In this document: one piece after another, positions 50,622 to 62,246 of the stretch
Layout of the letters: each line of letters starts with the position of its first letter
How positions within the stretch are numbered: the stretch's first letter is position 1
Source: an uncultured Acidobacteriota bacterium
Lineage (GTDB): Bacteria; Acidobacteriota; UBA6911
Direction of reading: 5' to 3'
Assembly: GCA_963827655.1 (NCBI GenBank)
Contig: CAWHCF010000001.1
Coordinates: forward strand, 48,399 to 112,398
Length of the DNA stretch: 64,000 nucleotides
Notes under the pieces: model-generated
Seen by the model: only the letters and a program-made list of their open reading frames with translations
Database searches by the model: none
Told to the model about the DNA's origin: nothing
Translations under genes and position numbers: made by a program

Positions 50622-51911
50622 ATGAATGGTTCTGAAATAACCGAGCTGCTTGTCGAGGCCCGGACTCGAACGTTAGATCTGGTTGCCGACCTCAGCGACG
50701 AGCAAATGATCGGGCCGCGGCTCGACATAGTCAATCCTCTGCTTTGGGAAATCGGACACGTTGCCTGGTTCCAGGAGACCTGGGCCTTACGCCACCTGCG
50801 AAAACAGGCGCCGCTGCGTCAGGATGTCGACCTGCTCTACGATTCGGCTGCTGTGGCGCATGAAACCCGATGGGATCTTCCGCTCCCTTCGAGACAACAA
50901 ACGCTGGCCTACATGGAGGAAGTCCTGGACTGCGTGATCCACCGGACGGGCGCGAAGCCGCTCACCGAGCAAGAAATTTATTTCCATCTTCTGGCGCTCT
51001 ATCATGAGTACATGCACTCGGAAGCTATCGCTTACACGAGGCAAACCTTGAGTTATCCGAGGCCTCAATTAGCCGTGGCCTCTTCCGGGGCGAAGGATGC
51101 CGGGATGAGAGCCGGCCCGCTCCCGGGCGATGCCTTGATTCCGGGCGGCTCATTCATGCTGGGAGCCGCACCCGGCTCAGGTTTCGTTTTCGACAATGAA
51201 AAATGGGCCCACGCCGTCGAAGTGCGTCCCTTTCGGATCGCGCGCGCGCCGGTAACCAATGTCGAGTTTGCCGCGTTCGTCAACGAAGGGGGCTACGCGC
51301 GCGAGATGCTCTGGAGCGCAGCCGGCTGGGAATGGCGGCAGAAAAATGGCGCCGAGCATCCGATTTACTGGCTACGCCAGGAGGGCGGTAACTGGCTCGT
51401 CCGAATCTTCGACCGGTTGGTCCCGTTGGAGAATCATCTTCCTGTTCTCCACGTAAGCTGGTACGAGGCGGAAGCGTACTGCAGATGGGCAGGGAGGCGA
51501 TTGCCGTCAGAGGCCGAGTGGGAGATGGCGGCGTCCATCACCCTGGAGGCAGAGAAACGGAAGTATCCGTGGGGAAATGAACCTCCGACGTGTGAGCGCG
51601 CAAATCTGGATTGGAGAGCCATGGGGTGCATCGAGGTCGGCGCTTTACCGGCCGGCGACAGCGCTCACGGCTGCAGACAGATGATGGGCAATGTGTGGGA
51701 ATGGGTGGCTGACGATTTTTCTCCTTACCCCGGTTTCGTGATCGATCCATACCAAGAGTATTCGGCTCCCTGGTTTGGAAATCATAAGGTCTTGCGCGGC
51801 GGTTGCTGGGCCACTCGTTCTGATCTGATCCGCAGCACGTGGCGCAACTTCTATACGCCCGACCGCCGCGATGTGTGGGCCGGCTTTCGCACCTGCGCCG
51901 TCGAGCCCTAG
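50622..51911 (+). CDS. senA: Selenoneine synthase SenA (EgtB-like DinB plus FGE-sulfatase domains)
   Basis: NPLLWEIGHVAWFQE, HEYMHSEA iron ligands, FDNEKW, RLPSEAEWE, GNVWEW, RNFYTPDRRD; adjacent senB. Confidence 0.85.
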   Translation: MNGSEITELLVEARTRTLDLVADLSDEQMIGPRLDIVNPLLWEIGHVAWFQETWALRHLRKQAPLRQDVDLLYDSAAVAHETRWDLPLPSRQQTLAYMEEVLDCVIHRTGAKPLTEQEIYFHLLALYHEYMHSEAIAYTRQTLSYPRPQLAVASSGAKDAGMRAGPLPGDALIPGGSFMLGAAPGSGFVFDNEKWAHAVEVRPFRIARAPVTNVEFAAFVNEGGYAREMLWSAAGWEWRQKNGAEHPIYWLRQEGGNWLVRIFDRLVPLENHLPVLHVSWYEAEAYCRWAGRRLPSEAEWEMAASITLEAEKRKYPWGNEPPTCERANLDWRAMGCIEVGALPAGDSAHGCRQMMGNVWEWVADDFSPYPGFVIDPYQEYSAPWFGNHKVLRGGCWATRSDLIRSTWRNFYTPDRRDVWAGFRTCAVEP

Positions 51912-51963
51912 AGAAATCCACCACGAAGACACGAAGACACCAAGAAACGAAAGCCTGGTCGTC

Positions 51964-52914
51964 GTGAAAATCGAAGTCGTCACGCCCGCGCCATCTCAAG
52001 CCGGAAATGGAAATACCATAACTGCGCGCCGTTATGCGCGCATCCTCGCCAGCCTGGGACATCAGACCAAGCTCGTGAACCGTTACAATGATGGACGTTG
52101 TGACCTGCTGATCGCGCTTCATGCCAGGCGCAGCTCACGTTCTGTACTGCGGTTCCGGAGGCTCTATCCCGAATCACCTCTGATCGTCGTGTTGACCGGC
52201 ACGGATCTGTATCGGGACATCAAGACCGATCCCGCTGCCAGGCGGTCTCTCGAGCTGGCAACCCGGCTGGTCGTTCTTCAGAGACTGGCTCCGGCCGAGT
52301 TGCCCAAAGAGCTTCATGCGAAGACGCGGATCATTTATCAATCCGCACAAGAGATCGCGGGTAGCGTGGAACCGCCGGCAGAGCGCTTCAAAGTTGTCGT
52401 CATCGGCCATCTGCGGCGCGAGAAGGATCCGCTTCGAGCGGCTTATGCGGTCCGTGAAATGCCGGCGGCTTCACGAGTGAGGGTTATTCAGATCGGTCGC
52501 GCTCTCGACGCGCGGCTCGAAAGACGGGCAGCGCGGGAGAATGCTCGAAATCCGCGCTACCGCTGGGTGGGAGAGTTATCGCATGGAAAGACGCGCCGGC
52601 ATCTGGCCAGTAGCCATCTTCTCGCGTTGACCTCTCGCATGGAAGGGAGCTCGAACGCGCTGTCCGAAGCTCTCGCGTCGTCGGTCCCTGTGATCGCCTC
52701 CAGAATCCCGGGCTTGATCGGCACGCTCGGGGAGCGCTATCCGGGTTATTTCCCTGCGGGCGACACCCGCGCGCTCGCGCGTCTCATGCGACGCGCGGAG
52801 GCAGATTCACGCTTCTACAGAACTCTCAAGGCCCGCTGCGCTCGAGTGAAACACCTGGTTTCTCCTGAACGGGAGCGGAGTGCCTGGCGAACGCTGCTCA
52901 AGGAACTCGCGTAA
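51964..52914 (+). CDS. senB: Selenosugar synthase SenB (TIGR04348-type glycosyltransferase)
   Basis: VVTPA...GNTITARRY, IALHARRS, VVLTGTDLYRDI, IYQS, GHLRREKDP, SRMEGSSN, YPGYFP. Confidence 0.88.
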   Translation: MKIEVVTPAPSQAGNGNTITARRYARILASLGHQTKLVNRYNDGRCDLLIALHARRSSRSVLRFRRLYPESPLIVVLTGTDLYRDIKTDPAARRSLELATRLVVLQRLAPAELPKELHAKTRIIYQSAQEIAGSVEPPAERFKVVVIGHLRREKDPLRAAYAVREMPAASRVRVIQIGRALDARLERRAARENARNPRYRWVGELSHGKTRRHLASSHLLALTSRMEGSSNALSEALASSVPVIASRIPGLIGTLGERYPGYFPAGDTRALARLMRRAEADSRFYRTLKARCARVKHLVSPERERSAWRTLLKELA

Positions 52915-53084
52915 ACAACAACTACCACGAAGACGCAAAGACCTGACACGGCCGAAACCAAAGTTTTCTTCGTACAGAAGCCCGAGCTGACAGACTCGAA
53001 GAAGCGCTAAGAACCTTGTTGGCAGAGGCTGGCTGTCCAGCCGCAAGATTTACCCGAAAGTGTCAGCGTGATAGACTTCCAGAA

Positions 53085-56000
53085 ATGAGGGCTAGACTGG
53101 CCTTTCTCGGATTATTTCTGGCCGCCGGTATCGTCCGGCCTTTGCCCGCATGGGCCCAGGCCGCCTCAGGAACCATCGCAGGCCGGGTCACCGATGTCTC
53201 GGGATCAGCCGTCCCTGGAGCAGTGGTAACGGTTACTCGAGCCGAAACCGAGTCGGATCGAAAAACAGAGACCGGGCCGCGTGGTGACTATACAGTTCCA
53301 CTGTTGCCGGCCGGTTCCTACCGGGTCTCGGCGTCGCGTCCCGGCTTTCGCACGGCGATCCGCGAGGGAATTCAACTGGAGGTGGATGAGAAAGCTCGAA
53401 TCGACCTCGTTCTCGAAATAGGTCCAATCGAACAGATAGTCAGCGTGCAGGGCGATGCCCCGATTATCCAGGGCGGCACCTCATCGCTCGGAACCGTCAT
53501 CGATTCCAACTATCTGCGCAACCTTCCCCTGAACGGGCGTGCGTTTCTGCAGCTAGGGCTGCTCTCGCCCGGCAGCGCCCCGCCCGCACCCGGCTCCGAA
53601 CTCTCGACCCAAAGCGCCAGCGGACTTCATTTCAACGGCGCGCGCGAGTCGGCCAATAGCTTCCTGCTTGATGGAGGAGACAACAACGACTGGTTCATCA
53701 ACCGCATCGTAGTCAGCCCGTCGCTCGAGTTCATCCAGGAGTTCAAGGTGCAGTCCTCCAATTACAACGCCGAGTTCGGCCGCAACGGAGGGGCCCAGGT
53801 CCTGATCGTCACGCGGAGCGGCGGCAACCGGTTTCACGCCAGTGCCTACGATTTTTTCCGAAATGCCGTGCTCGACGCGCGTAACCTCTATGATCCGCCC
53901 GATCAGCCAATTCCTCAGTTCCAGCGAAACCAGTTTGGCTTTTTTGCGGCCGGGCCGATCCACAAGGATCGCGCCTTTTTTTCGGGATCTTACGAAGGAG
54001 CGCGCGTGCGGCAGGCCATCACCCGCACGGCCCGGGTTCCGACCCCTGCAGAAAAGAGTGGAGACTTTTCAGGACTGGGGTCGCCTGTGCGCGATCCGTT
54101 TACAGGACAGCCGTTTCCCGGCAACAGAATTCCAGCCGACCGTCTGGACCCGATCGGGCAGTCAATCGCCCGGCTCTATCCTGACCCGAACCGGACGGAC
54201 CCACAGGCCAACCTGGTCTCCACGCCGGTGGGAAGACTCGATTCGGACCAGGTTTCCGTAAGAACCGATTTCAAACTCTCCACCAGAGATTCACTTTTTC
54301 TCAGGTATAGCTTTGCAGGGGATGACTCGCTGGAGCCATTCAACGAGGGGGCGACAAACTTGCCGGGCTTCGGGAGCCTGATCGTGGGACGCGCGCAACA
54401 CCTGGTGATATCCCAGACCCAGGTCTTTCGCCCCACTTTCCTTCATGAATGGCGCTTCGGATTCAACCGCCTTCGGCGAGAAGTGCTGCAAGAAAACGTC
54501 GGACGAGACGTCGCCGGCACGCTGGGCATCCCGGGCCTCTCGAGCGACCCCGTTGATCTCGGTATGCCGGTAGTTGTGGTCCCCGGATTCGAGCAGCTGG
54601 GAGATAGCGCGGCCCTTCCGATAGTCCGCCATGACAACACTTTCCAGATTGCGAGTAATCTGACCTGGGTTCGCGACAAGCACTACTGGAAGGCCGGCCT
54701 GGACCTGCGCCGGTTTCAGGTCAATGGCTTCAACCACGTCTTCGCCCGTGGTCAGTTTATCTTTCAGCCGACGTTTACTGGACAGTCACTCGGGGACTTG
54801 CTGCTGGGTCTTCCCACAGTTACCATCCGCGGGCTGAACGACAATCCCCAGGCCATGCGGACGGGCTCTTACAACTTCTACCTTCAGGATGACTGGAAGG
54901 CACGGCCCAATCTGACTTTCAATTTGGGGCTGCGCTACGAGTTCAATCCCGCGCCGGTGGACGTTCACGATCGAATGGTGATTTTCGACACCACGAGCCA
55001 CCAACTGGTCCGGGTGGGACAGAATGGAGTCTCACGGTCGGGCCTTGAAAGCGATCGGAACAACTTCGCCCCGCGCTTCGGATTCAATTGGAGTCCCGGG
55101 GCCAGTTTTCGTACAACCATCCATGGCGCCTACGGAATCTTTTACGACGCCAGCACACTGGTCTCGAACTCCTCCCTTTATTTCAACCCTCCGTATTTCG
55201 AACTGAGCCTTTTCGTCCCGTCCGCGAACCAGCTGCTCAGTCTATCGGATCCATTCCCCGAGACGAACGGAATCGGTCCACCTCCCACCGTGAACAGCCT
55301 GGCTCCGAATTTCCGCAATTCCTACGCGCAGCACTGGAACCTGACGGTGGATCGCCAGGTTGGCAGTAACACCCTGGCCCGGATTGGGTACGTTGGTTCG
55401 CGCGGGGTGAAGCTGATTCGCCGTCGAGATTTGAACCAACCCCCTCCCGGCCCGGGTCCGGTCGACGCGCGGCGGCCTATTCCGGGGTTTGGCAACATAA
55501 CCTTGATCGAACCGGCCGGCAGTTCGATCTATCACTCCATTCAAACCAGCCTCGAGCGGCGCTTCGCCGAGGGAATTCATTTCCTGGGAGCTTACGCCTT
55601 CTCCAAGTCGATCGACGACGCCTCCGACTTTCTCGCAACCAGTGGAGACGACAACTATCCGCAGGACAACGCGCGCATTTTTCTCGAGCGCGGGTTTTCG
55701 AACTTCGACCTTCGGCATCGTTTTACTTTTACAGGGCTCTTCACCGTCCCCTATGGCCGGGGCCGGCCGCCGTCAGGAGGGGTTTCCTATCTCCTGAGCG
55801 ACTGGCAGTTCGGATTGATTACATCGATGCAGTCTGGGTTCCCCTTCACCCCGAAACTCAGTCGCGATAACAGCAATACCGGAAACATAGGCGGCCTGTT
55901 CGGATCAGACCGCCCGCATCTGGTCGGTGATCCAAGGCTGGAGAAGAGCACGCCGGACCGATTCTTCAACACGGATGCCTTTGTAATTCCCGTCCCCTAC

Positions 56001-56249
56001 ACGTTCGGCAACAGCGGCCGCAACGTGGTCACCGGCCCAGGATTGGTGAACGTCGATGTTTCACTGAGCAGGCAATTCCCGCTTCTGGGCGAAAAATGGC
56101 TCGAGTTTCGCGCGGAATTCTTCAATCTCTTCAATACCCCGCCGCTCGGCTTGCCCGAAAGAAACGCCGATCAAACGGCGACCTTCGGGAAGATCCTGTC
56201 GGCGGGTCCGGCGCGGCAGATCCAATTCGCCTTGAGATTCGCCTTCTAG
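53085..56249 (+). CDS. TonB-dependent receptor, Oar-like, with carboxypeptidase regulatory-like N-domain
   Basis: Signal peptide, GRVTDVSGSAVPGA, LPLNGR, QDDWK, NNFAPRFG, C-terminal RQIQFALRFAF. Confidence 0.92.
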   Translation: MRARLAFLGLFLAAGIVRPLPAWAQAASGTIAGRVTDVSGSAVPGAVVTVTRAETESDRKTETGPRGDYTVPLLPAGSYRVSASRPGFRTAIREGIQLEVDEKARIDLVLEIGPIEQIVSVQGDAPIIQGGTSSLGTVIDSNYLRNLPLNGRAFLQLGLLSPGSAPPAPGSELSTQSASGLHFNGARESANSFLLDGGDNNDWFINRIVVSPSLEFIQEFKVQSSNYNAEFGRNGGAQVLIVTRSGGNRFHASAYDFFRNAVLDARNLYDPPDQPIPQFQRNQFGFFAAGPIHKDRAFFSGSYEGARVRQAITRTARVPTPAEKSGDFSGLGSPVRDPFTGQPFPGNRIPADRLDPIGQSIARLYPDPNRTDPQANLVSTPVGRLDSDQVSVRTDFKLSTRDSLFLRYSFAGDDSLEPFNEGATNLPGFGSLIVGRAQHLVISQTQVFRPTFLHEWRFGFNRLRREVLQENVGRDVAGTLGIPGLSSDPVDLGMPVVVVPGFEQLGDSAALPIVRHDNTFQIASNLTWVRDKHYWKAGLDLRRFQVNGFNHVFARGQFIFQPTFTGQSLGDLLLGLPTVTIRGLNDNPQAMRTGSYNFYLQDDWKARPNLTFNLGLRYEFNPAPVDVHDRMVIFDTTSHQLVRVGQNGVSRSGLESDRNNFAPRFGFNWSPGASFRTTIHGAYGIFYDASTLVSNSSLYFNPPYFELSLFVPSANQLLSLSDPFPETNGIGPPPTVNSLAPNFRNSYAQHWNLTVDRQVGSNTLARIGYVGSRGVKLIRRRDLNQPPPGPGPVDARRPIPGFGNITLIEPAGSSIYHSIQTSLERRFAEGIHFLGAYAFSKSIDDASDFLATSGDDNYPQDNARIFLERGFSNFDLRHRFTFTGLFTVPYGRGRPPSGGVSYLLSDWQFGLITSMQSGFPFTPKLSRDNSNTGNIGGLFGSDRPHLVGDPRLEKSTPDRFFNTDAFVIPVPYTFGNSGRNVVTGPGLVNVDVSLSRQFPLLGEKWLEFRAEFFNLFNTPPLGLPERNADQTATFGKILSAGPARQIQFALRFAF

Positions 56250-56300
56250 ATCCCTCGAGTAGCCGGTGTGACATCCGAAAGAGACGCTGGGAAACACACC

Positions 56301-57791
56301 ATGGATCGAAAACCCATCGCCAGATTCAGCAACGAAGCCAGTGCTTCCATCCGTTTCCTGGCCGACCAGGCATTCTCAAGGGCCGCCGGGGCGCCGCTCG
56401 TTCCCGGAAACAGCGTGCGACTCTTGAAAGACGCGCAGGAGAACTATCCTGCGTGGCTCGAAGCGATCGGGGCCGCAAAAAGATACATCCACTTCGAGAG
56501 CTTCATCATTCACGGAGACGATATCGGGCATCAGTTCGGCGACGCGCTTGCCGCAAAGGCGCGCGAGGGCGTTCAAGTCAGGCTGCTCTATGACTGGTTC
56601 GGCGATCTCGGCTACACCTCGCGCAGCTTCTGGCGGTCGCTGCGGGAGGCGGGAGTTGAAGTCAGGCACTTTAACCCGCCGCGGCTTGACAGCCCCTTCG
56701 GCTGGCTTAGCCGGGATCACCGCAAGCTGCTCTCGGTCGATGGCCGCATCGCCTTTATCTCCGGTTTGTGTATCGGCCGCAGGTGGGTCGGATATCCCGA
56801 GCGCGGCATCGAGCCCTGGCGCGATACCGGAATCGAAATGCGGGGGCCGGCCATTGCGGACGCCGAACAGGCCTTTCAGCACAGCTGGTCGAACGCGGGC
56901 CCTCCCTTTCCGGAAGACGAGCTGCCGCAGCGGGACTCTATTCCTCCGGCAGGGGACGTGACCCTGCGCGTAATCGCAAGCGTGCCCAATACGGCCGGGC
57001 TCTACCGGCTCGATCACCTGATTGCGGCCGTTGCGCGCCGGTATCTGTGGCTGACCGATGCGTATTTTATCGGCACTACTACTTACATTCAGGCACTCAG
57101 GGCTGCGGCTGAGGATGGCGTGGACGTTCGTCTCCTGGTCCCCAGCGCCACCGATGTGCCGTTCATGAGTGCGCTATCCCGGTCCGGATACCGGCCCTTG
57201 CTCGAGGCCGGGGTGAAAGTCTTTGAGTGGAACGGCCCGATGCTTCATGCGAAGACGGCGGTAGCCGATGCGCGATGGGCCAGGGTAGGCTCGACCAATC
57301 TCAATCTGACAAGCTGGATAGGAAACTGGGAGCTCGACGTGGCGGTCGAAGACGAAAAGTTCGCGCAAGCGATGGAGAGGATGTACCTGGAGGATCTCAA
57401 GCACGCCACCGAAATCGTCCTGAGCCCCAGGAAGCGAATTCGCCCCACCGCCAAACGGCCACGCCGGTGGATCGGCGCGAGGGGCTCGGAGGGAAGCGCC
57501 GGGCGAATGGCAGCCGGAGCCATTGGCGTGGGCAATGCGGTCGGGGCTGCCATAACAAACCGCCGGCTGCTCGGACCGGCCGAAGCCAGAAGCCTGGCGA
57601 GCGTGGGCGTGGCGCTCGCGGGGCTCGCGGCGGTCGGTGTCCTCTGGCCGAGAGTGATAACGGTGCCGATTGCGGTGATCTGCGTCTGGGTCGCGGTCGC
57701 CCTGCTGATCAGGGCCTTTAGCCTCCACCGCGAGGCCAGCAAGCATGCGAAGGAGCTCAAGTCACAGTCCGTTATCGCGCGACAGGAGTAG
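56301..57791 (+). CDS. cls: Cardiolipin synthase / phospholipase D family protein
   Basis: Two HKD motifs ([18 protein letters not shown]); C-terminal TM segments. Confidence 0.85.
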   Translation: MDRKPIARFSNEASASIRFLADQAFSRAAGAPLVPGNSVRLLKDAQENYPAWLEAIGAAKRYIHFESFIIHGDDIGHQFGDALAAKAREGVQVRLLYDWFGDLGYTSRSFWRSLREAGVEVRHFNPPRLDSPFGWLSRDHRKLLSVDGRIAFISGLCIGRRWVGYPERGIEPWRDTGIEMRGPAIADAEQAFQHSWSNAGPPFPEDELPQRDSIPPAGDVTLRVIASVPNTAGLYRLDHLIAAVARRYLWLTDAYFIGTTTYIQALRAAAEDGVDVRLLVPSATDVPFMSALSRSGYRPLLEAGVKVFEWNGPMLHAKTAVADARWARVGSTNLNLTSWIGNWELDVAVEDEKFAQAMERMYLEDLKHATEIVLSPRKRIRPTAKRPRRWIGARGSEGSAGRMAAGAIGVGNAVGAAITNRRLLGPAEARSLASVGVALAGLAAVGVLWPRVITVPIAVICVWVAVALLIRAFSLHREASKHAKELKSQSVIARQE

Positions 57792-58030
57792 TCTCGTTCA
57801 ACCAGGATATCGGGGCATTCTTTTGGGTCTTAGTGTTTCTTCGTATCTTCTTGTCCTAGTGGTAGTTGTTTCGTACTTAAGAAAGCAAGAAGCGCTTACC
57901 TGGAATCGAGGTGATGAAACCCCAGGTTATAGCCGCGGCACTTAGGGCTTGGCTATACCGATGGAGAGATGCTAGTATACCGGCTGCCTTAGGTTGCTAC
58001 TGAATAAGTCTAAGTCTGAGGGGTTCGCCA

Positions 58031-58348
58031 ATGAAAAGATTGACGGGTTTGTTGATTCTTGCTCTTGCCTTATCGACCATGTCGTTGTTTGCAGCCGATT
58101 GGACTGGTTACATTGCGGATGCAAGCTGCGCGGCCAAGAAGGGGGAAGACCCAGGACACGCATCCTGCGCGAAAAGCTGCATCGGCAAAGGCCAGGCGGC
58201 GGTTCTTGCCTCCGGAGGCAAGGTCTTTCAACTCGACAAGCAGGAAGAAGCCAAGAAGCTCGCCGGCGAGAAGGTGGTGGTCAAGGGAACTGCAAGCGAA
58301 GACGGCACCGCGATCAAGGTCGAGAGCATCACCAAGGCCGCCAGCTAA
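58031..58348 (+). CDS. Small secreted Cys/His protein (DUF5818-like OB-fold), copy 1
   Basis: Signal peptide; WTGYIADASC...HASCAKSC...GEKVVVKG. Confidence 0.75.
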   Translation: MKRLTGLLILALALSTMSLFAADWTGYIADASCAAKKGEDPGHASCAKSCIGKGQAAVLASGGKVFQLDKQEEAKKLAGEKVVVKGTASEDGTAIKVESITKAAS

Positions 58349-58542
58349 ACCTGTATTACTTACTTCTAATCGGATCGCGACGATTCGGGTTCGGATTGCG
58401 GATTGAAGAGCGGTCTTTTTCTTAGCCCTCTCCAAAATCCGTGATTCAAAATCTCAAAATCTACACTCAGGCTCGTGCTCGGGCCTGACATCGGGCTGTG
58501 TGATCTTTCTAATCTTGCCGATTTTTTTTGGAGGAGTTCTCG

Positions 58543-58860
58543 ATGAAAAAAGTGACTGCTTTGCTGATTTTAGTTTTCGCTTTGTCGACTATGTCGTTGT
58601 TGGCAGCCGACTGGACTGGCTACATCGCGGATGAAAAATGTGCGGCCAAGAGGGGAGAGGATACCGGACATGCAGGCTGCGCGAAAAAATGCATCGATGG
58701 CGGCTCCCCAGCCGTCCTGGCTTCCGGAGGCAAGGTCTTTAAACTGGACAAGCAGGAAGAAGCCAAGAAGCTCGCCGGCGAGAAGGTAGTGGTCAAGGGA
58801 ACGGCCAGCGAAGATGGCACCATGATCAAGGTTGACAGCATATCCAAGGCCGCCAGCTAA
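58543..58860 (+). CDS. Small secreted Cys/His protein, tandem paralog
   Basis: GGAGGAG SD; highly similar to 58031..58348 (WTGYIADEKC...HAGCAKKC). Confidence 0.78.
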   Translation: MKKVTALLILVFALSTMSLLAADWTGYIADEKCAAKRGEDTGHAGCAKKCIDGGSPAVLASGGKVFKLDKQEEAKKLAGEKVVVKGTASEDGTMIKVDSISKAAS

Positions 58861-58917
58861 GCCTCACTGATTCAGCCGGATGCTCCCCCGTTCGCGTGAA
58901 GAAAGGGGAAGTGTTCC

Positions 58918-58992
58918 GATTGCGGATTGCGGATTGCGGATTGCAGGATGTCGAGCCTCTCGACAGACTGAATCCGCAATCCAGAATCCGCA
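58918..58992. repeat. Inverted heptamer arrays (GATTGCG)n ... (AATCCGC)n
   Basis: Between convergent genes; a degenerate relative lies at about 58374-58462. Confidence 0.8.
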
Positions 58993-59020
58993 GCAAGAGA
59001 CAACCCGCAGTCAAGCGCAG

Positions 59021-60509
59021 CTACTTCGGATATACCATCGTAGTCGGGTCTGGCAACGGGATCCGTGTGATCTTGCCGATTTTCGCGATCTTGTTGAACG
59101 AATAGTCCGGTTTATCCGGATTTCCTTTCATCAAGTCATCGAGGTTTCCTACAACCAGAATCACCAGCTTGTCCGGGAGTAAATACTTCTGCGCGACGCG
59201 CAGGACGTCGTCGCTCGTGACGGCTCGGATCTTGTCGCGGTACGTCTCCCAGTAGCCCGGATCCCGCCCCGTGAATTCGTCGCTGGCGAAGGTTCCGGCA
59301 ATCGCCCTGGCCGATGAAAAATAGCGCGGAAAGATTTCGATGGCGCTATTCTTGACCGTCTCCAGTTCCTCTTCGGACACCTTCTCCTTGCGGATCCGCT
59401 CAATCTCGTCGAGGACGATCTGCGTTGCCTGGGCGCCGGTCGCGCTCTTGGTCTGAAAGCCGGCGCGAAACTGCCCGTCGTAGTACACACCGGCGGTGAA
59501 AGAAGTCCCGGCAGAATAGGCCAGCCCCTCATCCGAACGCACGCGGTTCAAGATCCTCGAACTGAAACCGGCCCCGCCCAGGATATCGTTCATCATATCG
59601 ATGGCAAATTCATCGGGATTCCCGCGCATGATGCCGAGGTGACCGATACTGACCCGCGCCTGGTTCACGTCGGCCTTGTTAACCGCGTACACGCCGGGGA
59701 CCGGAGTAAAGTCCGGCTTGGGCACCGGGAGCGCAGTCTCCTTGGAAACGGGCCAACCTGCCATGGCCTGATCCAGTTTCGTCTTCATTGCCGCGGTAGC
59801 GAAGTCACCCGCAACCGCAAAGATGAAATTTCCCGGATGGTACAACTTCTGGTGAAAGGAAACGAGGTCGTCGCGCGTTATCGATTCGATCGACTTCTTC
59901 GTGCTCAGCAGACTGGTGAAATGCTTTTCTCCCCGGATAAGACGATTCCATTCCCGCCCCTCGATGTCGTCGGTGCTGTCGTTCCGTCGTTCAATCTGCT
60001 GAAGCTGCTGACTCTTGTACAGATCGAGCCGATCTTGCTGAAATGCCGGACGCTGCAACATGTCAAAGAAGAGTTCCAGCGCCTTGTCGAGCTCCTTGCT
60101 CAGCGAATTCACCGACGCCCCGCCCGAAGTGTCGCCAATGCTGCTTGACAGGTCGGCCGCCAGGAAATCCGCTTCTTCATCGAACTCATGCGCCTTCCAT
60201 TTGGCGGTTCCCCCGGCGCGAAGCTGCGATCCTACGGCTCGGGCGAGCCCTTCCTTCCCCGCTGGATCCAGATAAGAGCCGGCTCGAATGGTGACCGAGA
60301 TGTTTACCAGCGGGAGATCATGATCTTCGACCAGGTAAGCCACCACTCCATTCTTGAGCACGTGGCGGTAGGCCGCACGCTTGGGCGGAGAGTAGTTCGA
60401 GTCGCGCGTATTTCAACTCTTTGGGATGAGACGGAATCTGAGGCTTGCTCTGTGCTGAAACCACGGACGCAACCGCCATAATCCAGATCAGGACCCTTAT
60501 ATGTCCCAT
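59021..60509 (-). CDS. M16 family peptidase, non-catalytic subunit (frameshift near 60390)
   Basis: LKNGVVAYLVEDHDLPLV, ILGGAGFSSR, VRSDEGLAYS; no HXXEH; signal peptide in ORF 60318..60509. Confidence 0.85.
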
Positions 60510-62246
60510 TACTTGCCTCCCTTTTCGACCTTTTGCTGGAGCAGCTTCTTGATCACCTGGAGCATGTCCTTCTGATCGGGAGGTGCGGAACCTTCCCCTT
60601 GCTCGATTTTCTGCAGCATAGCCTTTGCTTGATCCGCCGGCATCTGGGCCAGCATCCCTCTGAACTGCCGGACCTGAGCTTTCTCCTCGTCGCTGAGTCC
60701 CGTCAGGAGCGGATCTTCCTCGGCCCCCGCGGTCTTTTTCGTGTAGTACAAAGCTACTGTGCGGTTTTCAGGCTTGAAGTAGAGGTTGGCAACGCGCTGA
60801 ACGTCTTCAGCAGTGACGGCGGCGAACTTCTTGGGATCTTCGTTGAAAGTTCTCCAGCCGCGGTTACTATCGGCCAGCAGGAGCTGGATCATGAGGGCGA
60901 AGTTGCTCTGAAGCCTGCGGAAGTTGTCGGCTGCGAAACGGTTTTTTACTTTCTGCAACTCTCGTTCTCCGACCTTCTCCTTCTGTAGCTTCTCGATTTC
61001 CTTGTAGAGCGCCTGCTCGACCTGCTCCGGCGTATTGCCAGGTTTGGCGACTGCGCCGAGCGCGAAGTAACCCTCCCATTTCAAGCCGTTCTGCCCGGCA
61101 GATACGTTGGTAGCGATCTTCTGATCCAGAACCAGCGATTTGTAGAGCCGCCCCGTCCGGCCGCTCAGGAGAGATCCCAATACCACGAGAGCGGGTTCGT
61201 CTTTATGACCGTCAGCCACGCCATGATAGCGAATCTGCGCTTGAGGGTTGGTCTCGGCGTACGCAGTCATGCGCTTCTCCGCCTGCTGTTCCACTTCTCG
61301 AGTTCTCACCGGGGGCTGCGCCTCCGGATTCCGCTTCAGGCGTCCGAAGTAGAGGTCCGTCAGCTCCTTCGCACGGGCCGGGTCGAAATCGCCCACCAGA
61401 CACGCCGTCAGATTGTTGGGCGCATAATTGACGGCAAAGTAGGCGAGCGCTTCCTCGCGCGTTATTCCGTCCAGATCGCTGGGCCAGCCCACCACGGGCC
61501 AGGCGTAGGGAGACGATGTCCAGAACAAGGCGTCGAACTCCTCCTCGAACTTCCCGGTGGGCGTGCTGTCGGTGCGCATCCGGCGCTCTTCGTAAACCAC
61601 GTCGCGTTCGGCGTAGAACTCCCGGAAGACCGGATTGATCAGCCTGTCGGACTCCATCCAGAACCACAGCTCGAGCTTGTTCGCGGGAACATTGATGAAG
61701 TAGACGGTGTAATCGTAATCGGTTCCGGCATTCATGCCGCTGGCGCCGGCGCTGGTATAGATCTTGTCAAACTCGTTCTTGACCAGCAGCTTCTTCTGGG
61801 CCTCCTCTAACTGAGTGAGCTGCGCCAGCAACTCCTGATGCCTGGCGGTCCGGTTCTTGGGATCCTTGAGGTCCGTGATCTCTCCCAGCCTCAGCCTGCG
61901 GATCTGGTCCTGTTCCTCCTTCCGGAGCTCGGCCTTCACCGCATCCATTCGCTCCATCAGCTTTCAGGTCTTCCTGGATGTTCGAGGTGCCGATGGCCCG
62001 AGTGCCTTTGAACATCATGTGCTCAAAAAGGTGCGACAATCCTGTGATTCCCGGCCGCTCATTGACGGAACCTACCCTGGCAACCCATCCCGCGGCGATG
62101 TTGGGATCCCCTTTTCGCGGGACCATCAGCAGCCTGAGCCCATTTTCCAGAACATACTCCTGAACCGGGACTTGCTGGGCCAGGAGTGATACGGGCGGCG
62201 AGAGGGCCAGGCTGAGTAATAAGGCGACAAGCGATGTCCGTTTCAT
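60509..62246 (-). CDS. M16 family zinc peptidase, catalytic subunit (+1 frameshift near 61964)
   Basis: GSVNERPGITGLSHLFEHMMFKGT (HXXEH), NAGT, ERDVVYEERR, YAPNN. Confidence 0.9.

Noticed and set aside
50622-51911. Plain ergothioneine EgtB or a DGR target (FGE domain)
   Set aside because: The adjacent SenB-type glycosyltransferase and WEIGH motif favour SenA; no template repeat was seen.
57900-58030. Riboswitch upstream of the tandem small proteins
   Set aside because: Only a short TATAGCC/GGCTATA stem; no recognisable aptamer consensus.
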